Positions 1 to 8,631 of a stretch of 64,000 nucleotides of DNA are shown here, piece by piece (the stretch's first letter is position 1; every line of letters begins with the position of its first letter). The notes under the pieces were generated by a model. The model was not told where the DNA came from. It made no database searches and saw nothing but the letters and a program-made list of their open reading frames with translations. The stretch covers positions 1 through 64,000 of IMG/VR virus record IMGVR_UViG_3300042893_001103. One strand, written 5' to 3'. The DNA comes from a virus. The translations under genes and the position numbers were made by a program.

Positions 1-1066
1 TATAAGAGAATGTTGCTCCACCAAATGAACCAGTAAGACCAGTTGCACCAGCAACGCCACTTACACCAGAAACTCCTGAGACGCCCGAGACTCCGCTTAC
101 TCCAGATACGCCCGAGACTCCGCTTACCCCAGATACACCACTAGCACCTTGCGGACCAGAAGGACCACTAACACCGCTGACTCCGCTTACGCCAGAGACC
201 CCCGAAGGTCCTGTAGGACCAGAAACTGTTGAGTCGGCACCGCTTACACCGCTTGCACCGCTTACTCCCTGAGGTCCGCTTGGACCGCTTGGTCCGGTAG
301 CACCAGTTGGTCCAATATTTGCGTTACCAAACTCAACCCATTGAGAAGTATTGCCATCATTATAGTAAATATAGGTTCTGCCGTTGTCAGAGTTAAACCA
401 AACATCGTTTACTGACGGTGAAACTGGAGCAGTTGCGGAAACAATATAGGAACCAGAAGCGCCTATAGGACCAGAAGGTCCAGATGGACCAGACGGACCA
501 GTGGGTCCAATCTGTCCTAGAGGCTGTGCTCCAATTTCAATCCACTGGGAATCGTAATAAACAAAAGTTTTACCAGAGTCGGACTCAAACCAAATCTGGC
601 CAGCAAACGGGGTGCCTGGGGCACTATCAGAGACCGTTGCGCCACCTGCAGCATTGGAGTTAACCCACGCAGTTCCGTTGTATTGCAGAACTTGGTTGGT
701 AGCAATGCTTGTTATGGTTACGTCTGTTAGGTCATCAAGGGAAGCGACTGTTGATGCGACTCCTGGAACAAACTTTGTTCCGTTGAATTTAAGTACTTGG
801 TCGCTTGCCGCGCCGGTTGTGTCTACTTCAATGCCATCAATGAAAAGAGTAGGAACCTTGAAGGTGTCGTCTGTTTTAAGGACGTTCGCTGCATCGCGGT
901 AGAGGTTTACGTCTCCACCGCCAGTTCCGTCACCCCAGACAAGACGACCGCCTCCTTGAATCTGGAGTCTTGCAAAAGTTTCTTGGTCTACAAAAATTGT
1001 CAACCCATCGGAGCCAGCAGAGGACAACTGCTTAATGGCGATAGGGGTTATAAATTTTTGAGCCAT
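1..1066 (-). CDS. Collagen-like tail fibre / virion protein (3' end runs off the window; not in the ORF track)
   Basis: Manual translation from ATG at 1066: MAQKFITPIAIKQLSS...LDDLTDVTITSIATNQVLQYNGTAWVN...APGTPFAGQIWFESDSGKTFVYYDSQWIE...GPTGPSGPSG...(GVS)n; open to base 1. Confidence 0.85.
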   Translation of the reverse strand, partial: MAQKFITPIAIKQLSSAGSDGLTIFVDQETFARLQIQGGGRLVWGDGTGGGDVNLYRDAANVLKTDDTFKVPTLFIDGIEVDTTGAASDQVLKFNGTKFVPGVASTVASLDDLTDVTITSIATNQVLQYNGTAWVNSNAAGGATVSDSAPGTPFAGQIWFESDSGKTFVYYDSQWIEIGAQPLGQIGPTGPSGPSGPSGPIGASGSYIVSATAPVSPSVNDVWFNSDNGRTYIYYNDGNTSQWVEFGNANIGPTGATGPSGPSGPQGVSGASGVSGADSTVSGPTGPSGVSGVSGVSGVSGPSGPQGASGVSGVSGVSGVSGVSGVSGVSGVSGVSGVAGATGLTGSFGGATFSY

Positions 1067-1109
1067 GACCTCAGTCGTTTCTCTTGTTAGTGCCCCTCAG
1101 GGCTAAGCA

Positions 1110-1298
1110 TTAAGCCTTTTTGCCGAATGCTTTGTCGTTTGGATTCAGGTAACGCATAATAACAGGAAGACCTGCTGCCCAGAGAGCATTCGCTGCCATC
1201 TTGATGTCTCCTGTTGAAGCGTAAACCGCGACTGCTGCGCCAAGGACGCTTCTTGCGTACGATGCTGCCATTGCTTTTTGTTCTGCTGTAATTTTCAT
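1110..1298 (-). CDS. Small membrane protein, putative holin
   Basis: 62 aa, two hydrophobic stretches, basic C-terminus RYLNPNDKAFGKKA, located among tail genes. Confidence 0.55.
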   Translation of the reverse strand: MKITAEQKAMAASYARSVLGAAVAVYASTGDIKMAANALWAAGLPVIMRYLNPNDKAFGKKA

Positions 1299-1303
1299 AT
1301 TTC

Positions 1304-2611
1304 CTATCCGGTCACTACGATTGTGTAGTCGCCTGCGCCGATTGCCCCTTGTAGGACTACGGTTACTGTGTCTGTTGTTCTGTTTGTGACATCCCCAATA
1401 ACTATTTCCCCAGTTGACACTTGAAAAATTTGCACCATTACAACAGTGGTATTAAAGTTATGTGTAACTACGGTAGTTGAAACGTTGCCAGAGTGCGCCA
1501 GACATGCTTTGCTTGCAATGCGAGCGAGCGTAGGAGTTGTGCTGGTGCGACCGGTGGCTTCAGCAGACGATGACGCTAAGTTGGTACGAGCACCAGATTC
1601 TGTTGAGGCGTTGGTACCACCGTGTGCTACGGCAACATCTGTTGCTGCCCAAGTACCAGTTCCGATTGTTCCGAGTGTCGTAATTGAGTCTTGACCAACG
1701 TAAGTTGATGCAATGTCAATCGCATCTGCGGTAATTGCTGTTCTGTTAGCAGTTACGTTGACATTGATTGTGTTTCCAGATTGACTAATCCCGTCACCAG
1801 CAGTAAATGAACCAGCACCAGAGAACTGAGTCCACGCAATGCCTGTTGAGTCAATTGTGATTGTTCCGTTTGTAGAAACAACAAATCCCTTATCTGAGTG
1901 AGTAGAACCTTCTTCAACAAAAGTGAACGTCCCAGGCTTTAGTTCGCCCGTATCGGCTGTTCCATTGGCGTCAGAAGAACGAGAAGCAGCCCCAGAAGCA
2001 ACAGCGACATAAATGCCGTTTTCTGTCGCAGTACTTTGGTCCTTTACGAGAACGCGGTTACCAGCAACAAGCGTTACCCCGTCAATTACCTGTCCAGCGG
2101 CAAGGTCAGAAGCAATGTTAATTGCTCCAGTTGTGGCAACCCTTACCGACTGTTTGACATCAAGACCCTGACGGGCAGCGTCTACATATCCCTTGGTGGC
2201 AATGTGTGCGGCATCCGTTGGGGTAGCAACTTTAGCATTTCCGTTTGCGTCTCTTTTGACCAACTTGGAGGCAGTTGCATCTGAAGTTGCGTCTGTAAGC
2301 ATTTGCCACATTGCCGCAGGCAGCAGACCGGCACTGTCTGTATCTGCAACATTAAGAGTGAGAGTTACCGTACCATTTGACTCGGAAACCGTAAGCGCTT
2401 CTGCGATTCCAGCACCGCCACCAGAAACAATCGTGTGAGGAAGAGATTTAAATGCAGAACCTGTGTACACCTTGATGGTGTCGGTAGCCGTATCGTATAT
2501 AAGACGACCTTCAAAATTGCCCGATGCTGGTTCGGTGGCCAGTTTTTCAAAAGTGGCATTGACTAGTTGATTTTGATTAAGGTCAATATTTGTTAAAAAT
2601 TTTTGTGCCAT
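1304..2611 (-). CDS. Tail fibre / virion structural protein
   Basis: Thr/Ala/Gly-rich; ATKGYVD motif; LDVKQSVRVATT...IDGVTLVAGNRVLVKDQS..ENGIYV module typical of phage fibres. Confidence 0.75.
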   Translation of the reverse strand: MAQKFLTNIDLNQNQLVNATFEKLATEPASGNFEGRLIYDTATDTIKVYTGSAFKSLPHTIVSGGGAGIAEALTVSESNGTVTLTLNVADTDSAGLLPAAMWQMLTDATSDATASKLVKRDANGNAKVATPTDAAHIATKGYVDAARQGLDVKQSVRVATTGAINIASDLAAGQVIDGVTLVAGNRVLVKDQSTATENGIYVAVASGAASRSSDANGTADTGELKPGTFTFVEEGSTHSDKGFVVSTNGTITIDSTGIAWTQFSGAGSFTAGDGISQSGNTINVNVTANRTAITADAIDIASTYVGQDSITTLGTIGTGTWAATDVAVAHGGTNASTESGARTNLASSSAEATGRTSTTPTLARIASKACLAHSGNVSTTVVTHNFNTTVVMVQIFQVSTGEIVIGDVTNRTTDTVTVVLQGAIGAGDYTIVVTG

Positions 2612-2623
2612 TTTTCCTCCACC

Positions 2624-2938
2624 TTACGTGAGATATGCTTTTCCAGAAAACGCCGCAGAAAACGTCACCGTAATCCGAGTATTACTATTGTATTGTACCT
2701 CACCAAATACATGTGTATCTGCAGAGTCCACAATGGTTACCTGTGGCCTGCCCCCGAGTGTGTGGTCTATTACCCAAGTTGCCGCTGCGGTTGCCTGAGT
2801 AAATTCAAGTCTGTTTGTAAGAGTGTTAGAAGGAGAGGTTGAGCGAACAATAACAAGGTTCGGCGTATCTTGGTCAACGGTTACATTGTTTGGAGTATCT
2901 TGATAAACATTTACATTGTTTGGAACTGTGTTGCTCAT
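2624..2938 (-). CDS. Small virion structural protein
   Basis: FTQATAAATWVIDHTLGGRPQVTIVD...FSGKAYLT beta-rich pattern seen beside fibre genes. Confidence 0.65.
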   Translation of the reverse strand: MSNTVPNNVNVYQDTPNNVTVDQDTPNLVIVRSTSPSNTLTNRLEFTQATAAATWVIDHTLGGRPQVTIVDSADTHVFGEVQYNSNTRITVTFSAAFSGKAYLT

Positions 2939-3309
2939 CGTGTTACCTCAAGAGAAAGGGTAAATGTTCCCTGAATAACTCTTGATACGAGTCCACCAGA
3001 AGAAATAATTTCAAGGTCATAGACCCCACTAGAAGTAAGAGCCGCAGTGTCCGCAGCGCTTATACTTAGGCTTATTAAGCCAGCAGCACCGTTGAGGGTT
3101 ATTCTTCCATTCTCTGTTGTCAATGTAATAAGTGGAGTTGTTGACTCAATTGTTCTCCTGACCTGCATTCGTGCCGTGTGATTGGTTAGCGGGTAAGCCT
3201 CGTATTCATCTGGATTTTGTTCTGTTGGAGTCCTTGGTTGCTCAAGGGCTATGGTGCGCGCAAAACTAGACCCTTGCTGACAAAGCATGTTGTAATTTCC
3301 TGCAATCAT
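2935..3309 (-). CDS. Virion beta-sandwich protein (fibre/baseplate accessory)
   Basis: QGSSF...ARMQVR...GVYDLEI...RVIQGTFTLSLEVTR pattern; overlaps the next gene. Confidence 0.65.
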   Translation of the reverse strand: MIAGNYNMLCQQGSSFARTIALEQPRTPTEQNPDEYEAYPLTNHTARMQVRRTIESTTPLITLTTENGRITLNGAAGLISLSISAADTAALTSSGVYDLEIISSGGLVSRVIQGTFTLSLEVTR

Positions 3310-3363
3310 TTTTCCGCCCGCATTACGTTTATTTGGATATACATATTGTGCCTCATTAAGTCA

Positions 3364-4866
3364 TCACAGAACAGCAGTCTTTAACACGCCGTAAATAGGG
3401 TCTCCAAGGATTAATGTAAATCTTTCTACTATTACATGCGTAATTGAATAACCCATAGGTCTTGCTGGTTCAACGACAGCCAATACTTCCGGTGAGCCAG
3501 AAAACTCGGCAAAGACTAGACTTGTGCTATTTAGGGTGATTGTTCCCGTTGTTGTCAAAGTAAACGCTTTACCGTTGTTTGCGGTTCCTCCACTAACGAA
3601 GAACAGCGCACCGCTGGCAACCTCCAATGCAGAAACTGCGTCAAAGTTGGTCGCACGACTCCAAGTACTAGCACCAACAATATAGACACCGTTTTGCGAC
3701 TGAGTGCTCTGATTCTTTACAAGAACACGGTCGCCAGCAACAAGGGCTACGCCATCAATGGTTTGTGTACCCGAGAGCGTAATGTTGGCTGTAGTTGCCG
3801 CTTTAACGTTTGGTCTAATGTCAAGACCCGGAGTTTCACTACCAACCGTAGTGATTCTCATAGCCCAAGGGTTGTTGCCGTATCTTTGGCTAATGATTAA
3901 AGACTTTGTCCCAGTAAGAACAAATTCAGCAGCCTCCCGTATCGCCGACTGAGTTCCAGCGCCACGACCATATCCAGCAGGGTAAAGTTGCCAAGTTTTA
4001 AAATCAGCCAAATTATTGTTGTCTACTACCCCGGTATTGTTTAGATATATCTGATTTTTAATTTTATTTCCAGAAAATTGAGTTAGCCATTCAGTATTTT
4101 CGTTTCTAACATGTTCATAATCAACGAGCCTGCTTCTGCTCTCATAGGTGTTTAAGCCAACATTTGATGGTATTTCTCTTCTGTCGTACCTAAACCATTC
4201 ACTGTACAAATTCATGGTGTCAGATACCGCATCGGTTAAAACGTCTACAAATCTAAAAAACGGATACGTCGGGTCCACTTCTTTACTATCGTAATCTTGG
4301 TAAAAATCAGGAATAAAAGGACGCATGCTTTGTATGACTGGAGAGTTTGCCCACGCAATATCATTTACTAAGTTAGGTGTTGATATGCGAACGTTTTTAG
4401 TGTTGTGATTTGAAATAGTCAAAACAACTTTGTAGTCAGTACTTGCTGGAGTATTGACGGAAAGGGTTATCTGATTTGACCTTGCCGCACCCCATGCTCC
4501 GCCCTGAATTGTCCGAGTGTTTCCAGCGTCAACTACTCCATTGTCGTCATAAATAGCAGCGTTTATAGTAAAACTTTCGTCTATTGAAAAGGCAACGCAA
4601 GTAAACACAAAAACACCAGCAGCGTCGGCTGCCTCAAAAACGTCATTGACATTTAGTGTCAGGACCATTGGGTTGGCTGAACTCGGGGAGGCTTCCAAAA
4701 CGTAATGAGACGACCAGTAGTAGTCGTTTCCAGTCATTGTTATAGCGCCGTTAGAAATAGTCCAGTTATGGTTGGCGTTTATGTAACTTAAAGGTATTGC
4801 GCGTTGATTCTCAAGACTATAAGTTCTTAGCGCATCTTCGTCTAATAGTCTCTGTAGAGTTTTCAT
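3364..4866 (-). CDS. Baseplate wedge protein (P2 gpI-like position) with inserted fibre-type module
   Basis: Directly downstream of baseplate J; RGAGTQSAIREAAEFVL and VEPARPMGY motifs; contains an IDGVALVAGDRVLVKNQ module. Confidence 0.6.
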   Translation of the reverse strand: MKTLQRLLDEDALRTYSLENQRAIPLSYINANHNWTISNGAITMTGNDYYWSSHYVLEASPSSANPMVLTLNVNDVFEAADAAGVFVFTCVAFSIDESFTINAAIYDDNGVVDAGNTRTIQGGAWGAARSNQITLSVNTPASTDYKVVLTISNHNTKNVRISTPNLVNDIAWANSPVIQSMRPFIPDFYQDYDSKEVDPTYPFFRFVDVLTDAVSDTMNLYSEWFRYDRREIPSNVGLNTYESRSRLVDYEHVRNENTEWLTQFSGNKIKNQIYLNNTGVVDNNNLADFKTWQLYPAGYGRGAGTQSAIREAAEFVLTGTKSLIISQRYGNNPWAMRITTVGSETPGLDIRPNVKAATTANITLSGTQTIDGVALVAGDRVLVKNQSTQSQNGVYIVGASTWSRATNFDAVSALEVASGALFFVSGGTANNGKAFTLTTTGTITLNSTSLVFAEFSGSPEVLAVVEPARPMGYSITHVIVERFTLILGDPIYGVLKTAVL

Positions 4867-6068
4867 TCATCTACCGACACCAAGGTAACGGTTGTTCCCG
4901 CAATAGTCAAAGACGGCAAAGAACCTTTTTTTGTAAACAAAACGTTTTCATCAACGTCGCTTGTTCCACCAGAACCAGGAGTTACGGTCAAAGACTGAAC
5001 ATACAAAACTCCAGGAACGGAAGATGCTATAGAATAAAATTCTGAAAGTTTTATTCCTTCTGCAAATCTGTAGTTAACTGGGGAGAAGTAATTTGTCAAA
5101 ACAGTTTCAACGTTTTCCTGAACTACTGTGCTTTCGTACGAAGAAGAATACGCAACCTGAATACTTACGGTAAGAGTGACTATGCTTGCATCACGAACTT
5201 CAAGTTCAAGACCAGCAACAGTTCTATTTTGAACATCAATTAGAATATCTGATTTTTGGTCAATGGTTAAAGTTGTGTTTATGCCGTATACGAATATTGT
5301 TACATATCCAGGTTCGTCGGCGTCTGCCCACTCAAGTCCGCTTGCAGAATTTGTAAGGTCGTATGCTTTGCATCTACTGACCGTTGTGGCAAAAGTTGAT
5401 AATACATAGCCGTCAATTTGAGATGCGCGAGCAAAAGAAGAAGACAGAGAACCAAGAAATTGAACGGCTCTATTTAAAAACTGTTCAGTTGTTTCAGGGC
5501 TCGTGCCGTTGCTAATAAATTCATTAACAGTCGCCCCACTTATGCTTGACGTTGGGGTGTCAATCCCCAGAGCAGTGTTTACTGGAACAGGTAGAGTTGC
5601 ACCTACGTCAATTGCTCGTGCTTCCACAATAACCGTGGGTAGTGCTTCCGTTCCGGTGTAGACAACCACAGGAATAGTTCCCTCTTCTATCGTCTCAAAG
5701 TAAATAGATTTTTGTTCACCAAGAAATTCATAGTCATATCTGACGATTGTGCCCTGAGGGACGATTGTTCCGTCATAGTCAATACATGTGAACTTCACGT
5801 CAATCACTGCCTGAGTGCCTTCGTTTATCTCAACACCCATCATTGCTACTAGACCCGCCATGAGCCTGTCTGGCAGTCTGTTGATTGCCGAAATATTCAA
5901 GGCTGATATGTACGAGACAGCCTGAAGTATTGCATCTTCTGGTGTTCCCTGTCTTGGCTGAAATTCAGGTAGCGCAATTTTTGCGTACTCAATTGAGTCT
6001 AAATAAACATCGGTTGGAGAGACGTCAAAAGGGACTAAGTAAACATATTCTGAAAAATCTATTGGCAT
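4863..6068 (-). CDS. Baseplate J-like wedge protein
   Basis: GTIVPQGTIV, GTSPETTEQFLNR, PGYVTIFVYG, SVPGVLYV motifs; 401 aa; synteny. Confidence 0.85.
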   Translation of the reverse strand: MPIDFSEYVYLVPFDVSPTDVYLDSIEYAKIALPEFQPRQGTPEDAILQAVSYISALNISAINRLPDRLMAGLVAMMGVEINEGTQAVIDVKFTCIDYDGTIVPQGTIVRYDYEFLGEQKSIYFETIEEGTIPVVVYTGTEALPTVIVEARAIDVGATLPVPVNTALGIDTPTSSISGATVNEFISNGTSPETTEQFLNRAVQFLGSLSSSFARASQIDGYVLSTFATTVSRCKAYDLTNSASGLEWADADEPGYVTIFVYGINTTLTIDQKSDILIDVQNRTVAGLELEVRDASIVTLTVSIQVAYSSSYESTVVQENVETVLTNYFSPVNYRFAEGIKLSEFYSIASSVPGVLYVQSLTVTPGSGGTSDVDENVLFTKKGSLPSLTIAGTTVTLVSVDE

Positions 6069-6073
6069 ACCAA

Positions 6074-6370
6074 TTACCCACGCAACTTAAAAGAAAATTC
6101 TACACTAAGCCCACCGTTTGCGGTAAACGATGGGCTTATACCAGTTATATCTACTTCGGGAACAAATCTCGCAGCATTGATTATAAAGTCTTCCGGCTCA
6201 ATCGGCGTAAAAGATGGGTCAAGAACGCCGAACTCTGGAGTTATTGGGTGCTCCCCTGGCTCTGTGAGTAAAGAAATTGTCAAGATTTGTTTGTAGAAAT
6301 CAAAGGTTCCCTCTTCTACTCGCCTGAGTCCGGTATCGGTAAATTTAATTGGGAAGGAAAGACAGTCCAT
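6074..6370 (-). CDS. Baseplate wedge protein (gp25/gpW-like)
   Basis: LSFPIKF...LLTEPGEHPITPEFG motif; precedes baseplate J. Confidence 0.8.
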   Translation of the reverse strand: MDCLSFPIKFTDTGLRRVEEGTFDFYKQILTISLLTEPGEHPITPEFGVLDPSFTPIEPEDFIINAARFVPEVDITGISPSFTANGGLSVEFSFKLRG

Positions 6371-6388
6371 CTCTGTATTATCCCATAC

Positions 6389-6571
6389 TCATGAGCCTGT
6401 TGGTCCATTGTTGAGGGACTGCTGATTGGCCACTCGCTGAGCAACGCTCTCAATTTCTGCCTGTTCTAACAATGCCTCAAGTAACGCAATTTTTTGGGCT
6501 GCTTCTGTAATTTGACGAAGTAACGAGTTAATCACCTTCTGGGCATCTACCTGTTGACCTTGTTCTTCCAT
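6389..6571 (-). CDS. Small coiled-coil protein
   Basis: 60 aa, heptad-like Gln/Leu pattern, coupled to the upstream gene. Confidence 0.55.
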   Translation of the reverse strand: MEEQGQQVDAQKVINSLLRQITEAAQKIALLEALLEQAEIESVAQRVANQQSLNNGPTGS

Positions 6572-8631
6572 TATTGTTCTCCTTCTAGGGCTTTTACCTT
6601 ATCGCTAAGTTCTTTAATAGCCTGCACCATTGGTGCAATGAACTCAGTAATACCAATGTATTGACGGTCATAAACTGCATCTTCCGTACAAGCAACCAGG
6701 CCCATGTCAGGACCACCAATGTCGTGTATTCGTACATCTCTTGTTTCGCCAACAGCGTCTAATGCTGACCGTACATTCTGCGCAGTAAACCCGTAGTAGT
6801 AACCCTCTTGTGTTGCCTCAGGGTCGTCATCAGTTCTTTCTGTTAAACGCAAATACGAAATCGGTTCTAGAGATTCAATAAAGTTCAAGCCAACACTCAA
6901 TGGTTCTATTTCTCGCTTGAATCTTTCGTCTGAACCAACTTCTAAGGTGCTGAAGTTCCATAACCAGTTCCAAGTACTGTTGTCCGTGTACATACCTGAG
7001 TAGTTGTATTGTTTCACCATGAGGGTTTGACCTTCGGGCGAAACAAATTCAATACCGCCCCAGTCTCCTGAACGACCATTAGAACCAACAGTTATTGAAC
7101 CGTATGAGCCACGCTGTCTGCTTGCATTAGACGAGAAAGAACCATTAGCACGAATTTCAGCGTCAACGTAGAAGTTTTTACTGCCATAAGTACGAATCCA
7201 TGAGGAGTCCGTCATGTGTATACCACCACCATGGGTTTGGTTATACCAACCTGTGTCACCCCATGAACGAAACCAATCTTTTGCGTAAATTTGATTAGCG
7301 CCGTGGTCTTGTGAGGTTGAAGTACCAATATTATTAGCATTCAAAAACATTGTTCCATAAAGCCAGTTATTACCTGTGGAGTAAATACCTGACGGATGGT
7401 ATGAGGCGTTTCCTGTACCAGCAACGTTGGCATTGCCAGAAATTGAATACGCATTCAAGGCACCAGATACACCCATGCCTCCAGTTACCGAGGCTGACGA
7501 TGAGCCAACAGACAGGGTGTTGTTGCCATTTCCCCCAATGTGAACACTGGAGTTATGATAAGTACGGACATAAACATTATAATCACTACCCGTGTTACCT
7601 ACAAGTACATAACCATTCCTGCCTCTTACGCTTGCCCAAGTAGCATCTGCTGTCCACGCACCAAGTATTGCACCACCATTACCACTCGCAGTTACTGTTC
7701 CAGTAGCAGTAATAGACGCAAAGGTAGGAGATGCGCTTGTAGCAACAGATTGTCCAATACTTATAGTAACTGCACCAGTACCACTGGATACTCCCACCCC
7801 AGTACCTGCTACGGCTGAAGTAACGCCAGTATTGGTAATTGTTACGGCTCCCGTTGCTCCCGTGTTTGTACTTAAACCAGAAGAAGTAGTAATGCTTGTG
7901 ACGCCACTTGAAGGACCAGTTGCGCCAGTTGTTCCGCTAACACCTGAGACGCCACTTACGCCTGAAACTCCGCTTACGCCCGAGACACCGGAAACACCAG
8001 AAACACCAGAAACACCAGAAACACCACTGACACCCTGAGGTCCAGAAGGTCCTCCAGAAGGACCGGTAGCGCCCGTTAATCCTGTCGGACCAGTTGCGCC
8101 AATGACTCCCGAAACTCCAGATACGCCCGAAACTCCAGAAACTCCGCTGACCCCCTGCGGTCCACTGGGTCCAGTAGCACCTATAACACCGCTAACTCCA
8201 GAAACACCACTAATACCAGATACGCCCGATGGTCCAGTTGGTCCACCGGCAGGACCAGAAGGACCGGCAGGACCAGAAGGACCCACTACTGTTGCGTTAA
8301 CCCATTCCGTTCCATTGTAAGAAAGTAATTGACCGGGAGACGGTGTAGTTATTATCGGTGTAAATATGTCTCTTGCGTTTACGTAGCCAAGTACGTACAT
8401 TTCGTCGTTGGACATGCTTGTAAAAGCGCAAAGAACCTGCTCGTCAACTAACAGGGGGCTATTAATGTTTGAATTAGCAACTCGTAGTGGACCTATCGTA
8501 TTGCCGAGTTTTGGTATTGATACAAACACTCTTCCATCGGCAGCAATTGTTTTTACAATACCGACATAAATACCACCCATTGGGCTTGGGTGTGAAGAAG
8601 CCTTGCTTCTATTGACTACGTTAACCACCAC
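6571..8631 (-). CDS. Baseplate spike (gpV/gp5 OB-fold-like N-terminus) fused to collagen stalk, fibre domain and C-terminal S74 intramolecular chaperone
   Basis: N-terminal GIYVGIVK...GRVFVSIP...EQVLCAF...YVLG; G-X-Y repeats; SDERFKREIEPL..GLNFIESLEPISY and terminal IAPMVQAIKEL coiled coil. Confidence 0.75.
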   Translation of the reverse strand: MVVNVVNRSKASSHPSPMGGIYVGIVKTIAADGRVFVSIPKLGNTIGPLRVANSNINSPLLVDEQVLCAFTSMSNDEMYVLGYVNARDIFTPIITTPSPGQLLSYNGTEWVNATVVGPSGPAGPSGPAGGPTGPSGVSGISGVSGVSGVIGATGPSGPQGVSGVSGVSGVSGVSGVIGATGPTGLTGATGPSGGPSGPQGVSGVSGVSGVSGVSGVSGVSGVSGVSGVSGVSGTTGATGPSSGVTSITTSSGLSTNTGATGAVTITNTGVTSAVAGTGVGVSSGTGAVTISIGQSVATSASPTFASITATGTVTASGNGGAILGAWTADATWASVRGRNGYVLVGNTGSDYNVYVRTYHNSSVHIGGNGNNTLSVGSSSASVTGGMGVSGALNAYSISGNANVAGTGNASYHPSGIYSTGNNWLYGTMFLNANNIGTSTSQDHGANQIYAKDWFRSWGDTGWYNQTHGGGIHMTDSSWIRTYGSKNFYVDAEIRANGSFSSNASRQRGSYGSITVGSNGRSGDWGGIEFVSPEGQTLMVKQYNYSGMYTDNSTWNWLWNFSTLEVGSDERFKREIEPLSVGLNFIESLEPISYLRLTERTDDDPEATQEGYYYGFTAQNVRSALDAVGETRDVRIHDIGGPDMGLVACTEDAVYDRQYIGITEFIAPMVQAIKELSDKVKALEGEQ
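7915..8286 (-). repeat. Collagen-like Gly-X-Y repeats dominated by GVS/GPS triplets
   Basis: Imperfect 9-nt tandem units (e.g. aaacaccag) encoding GVSGVSGVS; the same type occurs at about 30-320. Confidence 0.9.

Noticed and set aside
1091-1108. gcccctcagggctaa resembles gccaccttagggctaa at about 57595
   Set aside because: Only two short imperfect copies in unrelated contexts; could be chance
7915-8286. Tandem repeats as a CRISPR array or non-coding VNTR
   Set aside because: The 9-nt degenerate units are in-frame Gly-X-Y codons with no spacers
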